Assembly (NCBI GenBank): GCA_040386535.1 | Contig: JAZKFH010000008.1 | Span: 79,911 to 143,910 of the forward strand | Origin: Myxococcota bacterium | GTDB lineage: Bacteria > Myxococcota_A > UBA796 > SXON01 | Reading direction: 5' to 3' | DNA: 64,000 nucleotides | Shown: piece after piece, positions 28,551-36,663 of the stretch | How positions within the stretch are numbered: the stretch's first letter is position 1 | Layout of the letters: every line of letters begins with the position of its first letter | The notes under the pieces: generated by a model | The model's input: the letters and a program-made list of their open reading frames with translations, nothing else | Databases searched by the model: none | Told to the model about the DNA's origin: nothing | Program-made: the position numbers and the translations under genes

Positions 28551-29705
28551 TCAGCAGCTCTCCCCCGGCGCACAACACGCCCCCGTCCCGTCGCGCGTCT
28601 CGTCGTAGTCGAGGCCCTTGCTCTCGCGGGGATGGCGCGGCACGGCGCGCGTGCAGTCGAACGGCGCGCGGTCCTCCTCGGGGATGGCCGCGAGCGGCTG
28701 GATGCCGATGGTCTGGCCCACGTAGGGGGGCGAGGTGAGCAGGTGGAAGGTCTTCGCGCACACGGCCACGCGCTCGCCGCGGCGGAACACGTGCCCGTCG
28801 TCGTCCTCCACGCGCTTCCAGGGCCCGAGGTAGATGATGGCCTGGTTGCCCTCCAGGCACTCGCCCTGCTTGCCCTTGTGCGCCGTCACGGTCACGGCGC
28901 GGAACTCGATGCCCTGCACCACCTGCCAGGGCTCGGCCTGCCACTTGTCGATGGCGATGCCGTGGAAGCCCGCCTCCTCCAACAGGCGCAAGAGCTCGTA
29001 CTCCTGGAAGGCTCCGGAGATGCAGCCGCTCCACAACTCGGGGTCGTCACGGAGCGCGGCGGGCGCCACCTCGTCGCTCACGATGTCGGAGATGGCGATG
29101 CGGCCGCCGACCTTGAGCACCCGGAACATCTCCTTGATCAGTTGGGGCTTGGCCGTGTCGTCCACGAGGTTGAGGACACAGTTGGACACCACCACGTCCA
29201 CCGAGCCGTCGGCGATCATGGGCGTGTCACGGCGCTGACGCGCTTCGTAGTCGGCCAGCGCGGCACGGTCGCGGGAGTTGCGCACCGGGTTGGCGGCGAG
29301 CCAGGTGTCGAGCGCGTCGAGGTCCTGGGCGAGGTCCTGGATGCGGCCGCGGCGGAACGCCACGTTCTCGTAGCCGATGCGCGCGCCGACCACCGGAGCG
29401 CTGCGCCGCGCCAGGTCCAACATGTCATCGTTCAGGTCGACGCCGATGACACGGCCGCCTGCGCCCACGATCTGGCTCGCGATGAAGCAGATCTTGCCAC
29501 CGCCGCTGCCGAGGTCGAGCACGGTGTCACCGGGGCGCACGTAGCGCGAGGGATCTCCGCAGCCGTAGTCGCGCTCGAGCACCTCGTCGGGGAGGGCCGC
29601 GAGGTAGCGGGGCTCGTAGTCGACGGGGCAACACAGCGCGGCCTCGCGGGCCATCGAGGCCGCGGAGTATCGGGTGCGCACGGCGGTCTCGACGTCGAGC
29701 GGCAC
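28551..29705 (-). CDS. SAM-dependent methyltransferase, arsenite methyltransferase (ArsM/AS3MT)-like
   Basis: LCCP, YGCG, VLDLGSGGG, VVSNCVLNL, WSGCISGA and C-terminal CC. Confidence 0.85.
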   Translation of the reverse strand: MPLDVETAVRTRYSAASMAREAALCCPVDYEPRYLAALPDEVLERDYGCGDPSRYVRPGDTVLDLGSGGGKICFIASQIVGAGGRVIGVDLNDDMLDLARRSAPVVGARIGYENVAFRRGRIQDLAQDLDALDTWLAANPVRNSRDRAALADYEARQRRDTPMIADGSVDVVVSNCVLNLVDDTAKPQLIKEMFRVLKVGGRIAISDIVSDEVAPAALRDDPELWSGCISGAFQEYELLRLLEEAGFHGIAIDKWQAEPWQVVQGIEFRAVTVTAHKGKQGECLEGNQAIIYLGPWKRVEDDDGHVFRRGERVAVCAKTFHLLTSPPYVGQTIGIQPLAAIPEEDRAPFDCTRAVPRHPRESKGLDYDETRDGTGACCAPGESC

Positions 29706-29900
29706 GTGGGAGGTGTCCAGGGGAGCTCCGGGGCCGCGATCGGGCGCGGCGGTGGGGTTCGGGAACGCACATACGCCGCGACGTGGTGCGGCGGATCACT
29801 TCGGCGCATCGTCGCGGACGCATCCGCGGATTTTTTTCGGGGTGGACCCTCAAGCCGCCGCGCCGGAATCCCGAACACGGCAGCACACCACGAGGACCCC

Positions 29901-30362
29901 ATGCTGCTCTTCTCCGCCCTCCTCTCCGCCGGCCTCGTCTCGTCCAGCCACGCCGCCAGCCTCCGCGTGGAGGGCGCGCTGCTCCAGGAGTCGTCCCTCT
30001 CGGCCGGCCAGACCGTGTCGGGCAGCGTGATGCTCCACAACGACGGCGCGACGCCGATGGAGGTCGTGGTGTACCCACGCGACGCCGTGGACGCGACCGA
30101 GAGCAGCACCGCCGTGGTCGGCTCGAACCGCGCGTGGCTCCGGTTCACCCCGCGCCTCGTCACCGTCGACCCCGGCGGCTCCGCCGAGGTGCCTTACCGC
30201 GTGGAGGTGCCCGCCGACGCGCAGGTCAGCGGCAGCTTCGGCACGATCCTCGTCATCGAGCCCAAGCTGGCTCCCGTGTGGCCGCCCCCGGCCGACCCCG
30301 CGCCGGCCGCCGAGGTGGTGGGCTACCGCGTGAACATCGTCACGCACGTCGCCAGTCGGTGA
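29901..30362 (+). CDS. Secreted hypothetical protein, Ig-like/PapD-chaperone-like
   Basis: Signal peptide (SHA); WLRFTPRLVTVDPGGSAEVPYRVEVP pattern; GAGG RBS. Confidence 0.65.
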   Translation: MLLFSALLSAGLVSSSHAASLRVEGALLQESSLSAGQTVSGSVMLHNDGATPMEVVVYPRDAVDATESSTAVVGSNRAWLRFTPRLVTVDPGGSAEVPYRVEVPADAQVSGSFGTILVIEPKLAPVWPPPADPAPAAEVVGYRVNIVTHVASR

Positions 30363-30374
30363 ACGAGGCGTCGA

Positions 30375-31514
30375 TCAGGATCCGTCGTCGATGACGACGA
30401 CGTTCATCGTGGCGACCATCTCCTTGCCGTCGCGGAGGAAGGTGACGCTGACCTCCTCCCCCGCCTTCTTCGTGTCGAGCGCGCCGTACAGATCGTCGTA
30501 GTCGGCGATGGGCTCGCTCCCGACGCGCGTGATCACGTCGCCGAGGCGCACGCCGCGCTCGGTGCGGATCACGCCGCGGAGGCCCGCCTTGGCCGCGGGC
30601 GACTCGGGGAGCACCTCGAGCACGGCCACGCCCTTGACGCCGATACGATCGGCCGTGCGCGCGTCGATCAAGCGGACGCCGATGCCGACGAGCTCCACCC
30701 GGCCCGTGGCGATCACTTGGTCGACGACGCGCCGTACCGTCGCGACGGGCACCGCGAAGCCGATGCCCGCCGAGCTGCCGCTCTTGCTGTAGATCATCGT
30801 GTTCATGCCGATGAGCTGCCCCGCGGAGTCGATGAGCGGGCCGCCGGAATTGCCGGGGTTGATGCTCGCGTCGGTCTGCACCATGCCGCGGATGGTCACG
30901 TTGCCGAAGCCCACCATCTCGCGGTCGAGCGCGCTCACGACGCCGGTGGTGAGCGTGTGGTCGAGCCCGAAGGGGTTGCCGATGGCGAGGGCCTTCTGGC
31001 CCACCTGGAGCGTGTTGCCCTCGGGCGGGAGGCGGAGCGGGGTCAACTTGTCCGCGGGGGCGTCGATCTTGAGGACCGCGACGTCCTTGCGCGGATCCCC
31101 GCCGACGAGCTTCGCGGGCCACTCCGACTGGTCGTAGAGCGTCACGGTGTAGCTCTTGCCGCCGTTCACCACGTGGTAGTTGGTCACGACGTGGCCGTCG
31201 CGGTCCCACAGGAACCCCGTGCCGGAGCCGGCGGGCACCTCCATCGTGCGGCGGTTCCAATAGTCGACGACCACCTGGGTCTGTGTCACGAACACGGTCC
31301 CCGGGGCCGCGGCGGCGAACACGTCGATGGTGTTCTGCTCGTCCTCGATGCGCGCGGAGGGCGAGGGGGCCGGGACGAGCGGGGTGGGCGCTCCGGGAAC
31401 GGCGGGCGCCTCGAACGGCGTGCGCGCCTCGGGGGCGGGTGGCTCCCGGGGCGGGTCGGCGGACGCGGTGCACGCGGCGAACGCCAAGGCGGCGAGGTGG
31501 GACGGACGAAGCAT
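30375..31514 (-). CDS. HtrA/DegP-family trypsin-like serine protease with one PDZ domain
   Basis: GSGTGF, VTNYHVV, DVAVLK, AIGNPFG, TDASINPGNSGGPL. Confidence 0.95.
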   Translation of the reverse strand: MLRPSHLAALAFAACTASADPPREPPAPEARTPFEAPAVPGAPTPLVPAPSPSARIEDEQNTIDVFAAAAPGTVFVTQTQVVVDYWNRRTMEVPAGSGTGFLWDRDGHVVTNYHVVNGGKSYTVTLYDQSEWPAKLVGGDPRKDVAVLKIDAPADKLTPLRLPPEGNTLQVGQKALAIGNPFGLDHTLTTGVVSALDREMVGFGNVTIRGMVQTDASINPGNSGGPLIDSAGQLIGMNTMIYSKSGSSAGIGFAVPVATVRRVVDQVIATGRVELVGIGVRLIDARTADRIGVKGVAVLEVLPESPAAKAGLRGVIRTERGVRLGDVITRVGSEPIADYDDLYGALDTKKAGEEVSVTFLRDGKEMVATMNVVVIDDGS

Positions 31515-31573
31515 GGAAGGGCCTCGCCCGGCCAACTAACCGGTCGACCCGGGGCGCCGCGAGGGCGCTCCGA

Positions 31574-32038
31574 TCAGGCCGGCGTGAGCGTGATCGTGTC
31601 GTGGGTGCCGCCGCGCAGCACCGACTCCGTCTGCTTGCCGCGCAGCTTCACCCCGTACAACGACTCGAACGCCCCGTGGAGGGCCCCGAGCGTGAAGGTG
31701 AGCTGGCGATCGCTCCCCTGCGGCTCGCCGGCCGAGCACACGGTCTCGGAGAGGCGCACGACGAAGGTGCCGTCGGGGTTGTTGACGACGGAGGCGATGG
31801 AGCAGAGGCGGGTGCCCCCCTCCCCCACGGCCGCGTTGAGCGACGTCACGATCGCCGCGGGCTCCGGCCGTGCGCCCTTGAGCCCGAGCGACTCGACGAG
31901 CGCATGCCCGCGCTTGCGGCCCGCCGACTTGAGCGCGACGCCAGCGGCGCCGACGCCCAATGTCTCCTCGATGCCGACGACCACGGCCTTGAAACAGATG
32001 ATGCTCGAAAAATCCCCGAGGTTGGAGCGAAGTGGCAT
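31574..32038 (-). CDS. V4R-domain (hydrocarbon/ligand-binding-like) protein
   Basis: LGDFSSIICFKA...AGRKRG...GTRLC...ETVCSAGE...FTLGA pattern of stand-alone V4R proteins; GGAG RBS. Confidence 0.75.
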   Translation of the reverse strand: MPLRSNLGDFSSIICFKAVVVGIEETLGVGAAGVALKSAGRKRGHALVESLGLKGARPEPAAIVTSLNAAVGEGGTRLCSIASVVNNPDGTFVVRLSETVCSAGEPQGSDRQLTFTLGALHGAFESLYGVKLRGKQTESVLRGGTHDTITLTPA

Positions 32039-32081
32039 GGTGATCTCTCCGATGGTTGTTTCGTTTGGGAGCGCGAGCGTG

Positions 32082-32450
32082 CTACCCGAGCTGCCGCGCC
32101 ACTTCCTTGGCGGCGCGGGCGGCGTCGAGGAAGATGAGGCCGAGCTTCGCGTTCTTGGCGGCGAGGATGGCGAGCACCGCGTCGGGGCCGCAGCGGGCGA
32201 GGATGAGGTAGCCGTTGTCCCCGCGGACCATGATGAGCTCGAAGTTGCCACGCTTGAGCTCGGCGACGATGCGCTCGCCGATCCCGAGCAGGGCGGCGCT
32301 CATCGCCGCGACGGAGTCGTCGTCGACATCGGCGGGGAGGGCGCTGGCGATGACGAGGCCGTCGTTGTCGATGACGGCCGCGGCCTCGACATCGGGGGTG
32401 GTGGTGGAGAGGGCCTTGATGAGCTTCGTGATCTGGTCGGCGCGTGACAT
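32082..32450 (-). CDS. Roadblock/LC7 domain protein (MglB-like)
   Basis: AAAVIDNDGLVIAS, VAAMSAALLG, ARCGPDAVL, KLGLIFLD. Confidence 0.93.
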   Translation of the reverse strand: MSRADQITKLIKALSTTTPDVEAAAVIDNDGLVIASALPADVDDDSVAAMSAALLGIGERIVAELKRGNFELIMVRGDNGYLILARCGPDAVLAILAAKNAKLGLIFLDAARAAKEVARQLG

Positions 32451-32626
32451 GGGTTCGACTCCGTTTGGTTTGACTCGGACGTTGAGGGACGGACCGCGGA
32501 CTTGGGAGCACAGCTCGACCAACTCGCCGACAGCGCGATGTCGCCGGGGAGGGTTGGTGGCAGTTTGTGACAGCTTGGGAGCGGACGGGGGGGCGGCGCG
32601 CGCCGCCTTGACTTGGTGTGCGCGAA

Positions 32627-33178
32627 CTACTCGACGGTCGCCCACCGTCGCCGCGCGGCGATGGCGAGGTGATCGCGCGCCGCACGGACCTCCGGCGGCG
32701 TCTGGGCGTCGAGCGTGCGCCGCGCCCGTGCCCAGGCGAGGCCGAAGGCCTGGGCGCACCGCGCGTCGACCTCGACCAGCTCGGTGGACGCGTACACGCC
32801 CTGGGGCGTCGCGCTCTCGTGGTAGAGCGCCACATCGCTCACGAGGGTCTCGGCGAGGCGCCAGGCGCGCTGGTGGGCGGGGTCGAGGAGCGTCTGGGGG
32901 GTGCGATCGCGGAGCGTCGCGCGGAGCTGGGTCGCCGGGCGGAACGTGGCGCGGTACCGGCCGTCGATGGCGACCTTCCGCCCGTCCCGGATGGAGCGCA
33001 GGGTGCGCGGCTCGATCCATTGGCTGGTGAGCGTGCCGACGCCGGGTAGGGTGACACTCTCCCCCGCGGAGAGGCGCTCCTCGATCTCCGTCCGGAGGGC
33101 GTCCAACACGCTCCGGGTGGTCTGTCGGGGCGCTTCGGCGCGGGTCGCGACGCGCTCGATGAGGGTCTGCCACTTCAT
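32627..33178 (-). CDS. HU/IHF-family DNA-binding protein with a ~90-aa C-terminal extension (RomX-like)
   Basis: LSAGESVTLPGVGTL...PRTLRSIRDGRKVAI...ATFRPATQLR; extension RAWRLAETLVSDVALYH; ATGA overlap with the upstream gene. Confidence 0.85.
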   Translation of the reverse strand: MKWQTLIERVATRAEAPRQTTRSVLDALRTEIEERLSAGESVTLPGVGTLTSQWIEPRTLRSIRDGRKVAIDGRYRATFRPATQLRATLRDRTPQTLLDPAHQRAWRLAETLVSDVALYHESATPQGVYASTELVEVDARCAQAFGLAWARARRTLDAQTPPEVRAARDHLAIAARRRWATVE

Positions 33179-34038
33179 TGCGGGGGCTCCTGGCGGTACT
33201 GTTCGGCCACGTTCTGCAGGTCGGTGACCGCGGAGCGCGCGAGGTCCCACAGCTCCGGGTTGGTCGCGCGATCGATGCTCCCGAACACCCGCTGGAACTC
33301 CGCGAGGCGGGCACGCATCTCGAGGACACAGCGGCGGCGCCGCTCCTCCGCGAAGATCCCCGCGCGTGTCACCACGTCCGCGGCGAGCACGCGGGGCAGG
33401 CCGGTGACCTGGGCAACCTCGGCCGGGTCCGCCGCGCTGACGACCTCGACCGCGTAGAGCCCGGCGCAGAACAAGCGCTCCAGGCGCCGCGGCCCGATGC
33501 CGGGGATCGCCGAGAGCTCGGCGAAGAGCGGGACGTCGGCGATGTCGAACGCGACGAGCTGGCGGATGCGCGCCCCGTCGGATTCGCTCAGGTGTGCGGC
33601 GTAGTGCACCAACCAGGGGCGCAGGCGGGCCAGGAAGCGATGCCGGGCGCGCCCGGCCGGGTTCTCCGCGAACGCGCGCGCGTGGGGGTGGATCTCGGCG
33701 AGCGTCGCGCGGTGGGCGTCGTCGCGGGCGGCCACGGCGAGGCGGTCGAGGGCATCGAGCGCCGTGACCAGCTGGGCCGCGCTGCCGCGCGGATCACGGC
33801 CCGCGAACAGCCCGCTCGCGGTGACGTGGAGCACGTCCAGGAACTGGGCCGCGATGCGGCGGGTGACCTCCCGCAGCTCGGAGGAGGGGGACAGGTCGAA
33901 CGGCTGCTCCCCGTCGTCGGCCGTCGTGGTGGCGCTGTCGAACAACAACGCATCCACGTCGTACTCGCCCAGGTCGAGGACCACGTTGGCGCTCTCGTCG
34001 GAGGGCCGGAACGGCAAGAGCAGGGTGTCAGTCGGCAT
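33175..34038 (-). CDS. Helix-hairpin-helix domain protein
   Basis: LSAIPGIGPRRLERLFCAGL...VAQVTGLPRVLA tandem HhH motifs. Confidence 0.8.
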   Translation of the reverse strand: MPTDTLLLPFRPSDESANVVLDLGEYDVDALLFDSATTTADDGEQPFDLSPSSELREVTRRIAAQFLDVLHVTASGLFAGRDPRGSAAQLVTALDALDRLAVAARDDAHRATLAEIHPHARAFAENPAGRARHRFLARLRPWLVHYAAHLSESDGARIRQLVAFDIADVPLFAELSAIPGIGPRRLERLFCAGLYAVEVVSAADPAEVAQVTGLPRVLAADVVTRAGIFAEERRRRCVLEMRARLAEFQRVFGSIDRATNPELWDLARSAVTDLQNVAEQYRQEPPQ

Positions 34039-34435
34039 GTCGCACCCCCGCCGAACCGCCGAGGTCTGCCAATTCGGCCTGAAGCCGGCCACACAGCCGG
34101 TTGGTGGTACGCCGCCAACGGTTCGCCGCCGGGACGTGCACGACCAGGAACATGCGGCTCCCCTCGTCCAGCGGCAGGGGGCGGATGACGAAGCGCCCCC
34201 GCGCACCGTCGAGGAGCGTGAGCTCGTCGATGGCCTGCATCCCCATGTCGCGTTGGGCGCGGCCCACCACGTCGTCGAACAGGCTCGCGAGGACCGCCAG
34301 CGCTTCGCTCGGGGTGCCCCCGCCGGAGGCCGCCACGAGCAGGCCGAGGTCGGTACACACCAACGACATTGGAAACCCGCCCTCCCGATTTCCCGCTTCC
34401 AAGAGCTGTGTGACGCGCTGCTGCAAGCCTGGCAT
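34028..34435 (-). CDS. Divergent Roadblock/LC7 domain protein
   Basis: SLVCTDLGLLVAAS...EALAVLASL...IDELTL; 135 aa; operon context. Confidence 0.7.
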   Translation of the reverse strand: MPGLQQRVTQLLEAGNREGGFPMSLVCTDLGLLVAASGGGTPSEALAVLASLFDDVVGRAQRDMGMQAIDELTLLDGARGRFVIRPLPLDEGSRMFLVVHVPAANRWRRTTNRLCGRLQAELADLGGSAGVRHAD

Positions 34436-34437
34436 CC

Positions 34438-35148
34438 CTAGACCCCCTCGAGCGCGGCGAGCCGCCGCAAGTTCTGGAGCGCGATGCGATCGTTGGGGCG
34501 GTCGACGAGCGCCCGCTCGAAGGCGGCGCGGGCCTCGCCGAGGCGGCCCTCGCGGACGAGGCGCCGGGCGGTGTCGATGGTCGCGTCGAAGGATGTGTCG
34601 TCGCCCGGCGTCGGCGTGTCGACAGGTGGAGCGGGGGCCGCCGCTGGGGACACGACCGCGTCGTGCTGGGAAAGTCGACCATCTTCCAGTGCTTGGATCA
34701 GCGGATCGATGACACGACATCGCCACTCGCCCGCGGTGGTGACCCCGTCCCGGATCGCGGTCCGCCCGTCCAGGTGCGGCGTCAGGCGCGCGAGCGTGGC
34801 GGGGAGCGGCCCGGTCCCGGTTGGCAGCAGCGCGGAGGCGGCGATGCGCTGCCACTCGTCGAGCAGCCGGCAGCCGTCGAGCACGAGCGTGGTCAGCGGG
34901 CCGAGCGCCACGGCCGGGACGACCTCGGCGGTGTGCACGACAAACGTGCCGCCGGGCTGCAAGAACAGCTCCATCAACGCGTCGATGCCTCCCAAATTCG
35001 CCACCCTCGCGCTCACGACGTTCCCCATGTGGACCTCGATCTCCCCGCGCGGAACGCTGATCTTCCCCGTGAGCCCCTCCGCCTCCACGGCCTGGAGCAC
35101 GGTGGAGAGGCCCACGGCTTGCAAATCACCACGGAGTATTTCAGGCAT
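34438..35148 (-). CDS. DUF4388 (PatA-N-like) domain protein with C-terminal TPR
   Basis: LRGDLQAVGLSTVLQ...TGKI...GNVVSA...LVLDGCRLLDEW; C-terminal ARAAFERAL..RPND. Confidence 0.85.
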   Translation of the reverse strand: MPEILRGDLQAVGLSTVLQAVEAEGLTGKISVPRGEIEVHMGNVVSARVANLGGIDALMELFLQPGGTFVVHTAEVVPAVALGPLTTLVLDGCRLLDEWQRIAASALLPTGTGPLPATLARLTPHLDGRTAIRDGVTTAGEWRCRVIDPLIQALEDGRLSQHDAVVSPAAAPAPPVDTPTPGDDTSFDATIDTARRLVREGRLGEARAAFERALVDRPNDRIALQNLRRLAALEGV

Positions 35149-35752
35149 TCGCCTGTTCCGCGGAGGGCGCGGGGCGCTTGAAGAGCCGGGCCATCAGCTG
35201 TTCGAGCAGCAGGGTGTGTGTCTCGTGGATTCCCACGCGGTTCGAAGCCACGGCCTCGATCGAGGGGGCACGTTCCGGGTTGAGCGAGCGCTCGAGGAGG
35301 CGCACCGGGATGGCGTTTCGTACATCTCGCTTGTTCCATTGGTAGACATGGGGGATGTTGTCGAGCGAGCGCCCCCGGACCGCGAGGCTCTGGGCCAAAT
35401 CCTCCTTGGAGACCAGGTTGGCCTCCTCCCGGTCGGGCCGCGAGTCCGCCACGAACACGATCCCGTCTACGTTTTCCAGCACGGCTTGGCGCGTCAACTG
35501 GTAGAAGGACTGCCCCGGTACCGTGAACAAATCGAGCTTGACCCGATGTCCGTTGACAGCGCCGAGGTCCAACGGGAAGTAGTCGAAGAAGAGGGTGCGC
35601 TCTGTCTCCGTATCGAGCTTGATCAGCTCCCCCCGCTGAGCGGCGGCGTACCCTTCGTGCAGGCCGACGATGTTCGTGGTCTTGCCACAAAATCCAGGCC
35701 CATAGTAAACAACTTTTATGATGACGATGCGGCTGTTACGATTGATGCGCAA
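35141..35752 (-). CDS. MglA-family small Ras-like GTPase
   Basis: KVVYYGPGFCGKTTN (G1), TETERTLFFD, TVPGQ (G3), DGIVFVADS, QWNKRD (G4), EAVA (G5); TTG start 7 nt after GGAGGA. Confidence 0.93.
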   Translation of the reverse strand: MRINRNSRIVIIKVVYYGPGFCGKTTNIVGLHEGYAAAQRGELIKLDTETERTLFFDYFPLDLGAVNGHRVKLDLFTVPGQSFYQLTRQAVLENVDGIVFVADSRPDREEANLVSKEDLAQSLAVRGRSLDNIPHVYQWNKRDVRNAIPVRLLERSLNPERAPSIEAVASNRVGIHETHTLLLEQLMARLFKRPAPSAEQANA

Positions 35753-35852
35753 GCGCGCGTCCTCCCCGGAGCCGTGGTGAATCCTGCCATGAATAGGGTG
35801 CACGGACACCTGAACCTCGTTTTCGAGGGGCGCGGAGTCCTTGACATCGAGC

Positions 35853-35894
35853 AGAATACGCGCCGGTGTGTTCCGGAACCTTGATCAAAGTCAA
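35853..35894 (-). promoter_or_regulatory. FNR-type box and -10 element of the GTPase operon (class II geometry)
   Basis: TTGAT-CAAA-GTCAA at 35881-35894 (9/10 match to TTGAT-N4-ATCAA); minus-strand TATTCT at 35858-35853 places the box centre at -41.5. Confidence 0.7.
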
Positions 35895-35974
35895 CACAGG
35901 CTGTATTTTGGAATCACGGGCGCTGACACCCCCGCTGACCCTACAGCCCTGTAAGTGTGACGTAAGGAGCACCC

Positions 35975-36658
35975 GTGCCGAGAGACGTGCAAATCACCGC
36001 ATGCCCACGAGACGGGCGTTGTTGTCTCGCCGAAAATAGCACGTTTGTTGAGAGCATTCCTCCGGACCGCGTGCGGCGGGGCCAGCGAATGTGGCAGGCC
36101 GGAGACGCGGACGACTGGGTCTTCGTCCTATGCCAGGGGCTCGCCATGTCCTCGTACCTGGACCCTTCGGGGGAGCAGCGCGTCGTGCAGCTGCACACCC
36201 GCGGCTCGGTGCTCGGGCTCCTGGAGCCGTTCGACGGCCGCCCGCGCGCCTTCGATGTGGACATCCTGGTGAGCGGATGGGGAATGAAGGTGCCCCGCGC
36301 CACGGTGCGGTCGGCGCTCGAGAGTGGGGGCGCGGGCGCGATGGGGGTGGTGAAGCTGATGGTGCACCTGCTCCACTCGTCGAACCGACGGGTGGCGGAG
36401 CTCGGCTACGGCTCGGTGGAGCAGCGCGTGGCGCGCATCCTCGTGCGGCTGGTCGAGAACTACGCGCTCGAGGACGCGCGCGGGCTGCTGGTGCCCGTCG
36501 CGCTCAGCAAGACCCACCTCGCCCAGCTGGTCGGCTGCCGCCTCGAGACGCTGGTGCGCACCCTCAAGCAGCCGGAGGTCCTCGCCGCGGTGTCGTTCCA
36601 GCGCGAGGGCTTCGTGGTCCTCGACGCGCCGGGCCTGCGCCGCCTCGCCGCGGCCTGA
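35975..36658 (+). CDS. Crp/Fnr-family transcriptional regulator with N-terminal Cys cluster
   Basis: cNMP-like beta barrel, SVEQRVARIL, HTH LSKTHLAQLVGCRLETLVRTL; N-terminal C-x5-CC; AAGGAG RBS. Confidence 0.9.
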   Translation: MPRDVQITACPRDGRCCLAENSTFVESIPPDRVRRGQRMWQAGDADDWVFVLCQGLAMSSYLDPSGEQRVVQLHTRGSVLGLLEPFDGRPRAFDVDILVSGWGMKVPRATVRSALESGGAGAMGVVKLMVHLLHSSNRRVAELGYGSVEQRVARILVRLVENYALEDARGLLVPVALSKTHLAQLVGCRLETLVRTLKQPEVLAAVSFQREGFVVLDAPGLRRLAAA

Positions 36659-36663
36659 AGCGG

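Noticed and set aside
32451..32470. GGGTTCGACTCC as a tRNA T-arm
   Set aside because: No cloverleaf in the flanks; it is the antisense of the Roadblock gene's RBS region
32505..32525. Sigma54 promoter before the Roadblock gene (TTGGTCGAGCTGTGCT on minus)
   Set aside because: GG-to-GC spacing is 9 nt rather than the required 10
35141..35752. Calling this the canonical motility mglA/mglB locus
   Set aside because: Gene order is not mglB-mglA and the partners differ, so it is treated as a paralogue with no symbol
35753..35809. Upstream GTG start for the GTPase (ORF track)
   Set aside because: TTG at 35752 has a GGAGGA SD and matches the MglA N-terminus length
35300..36130. Lower-GC stretch as a genomic island
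   Set aside because: Confined to the promoter and gene 5' ends; no integrase, tRNA or flanking repeats
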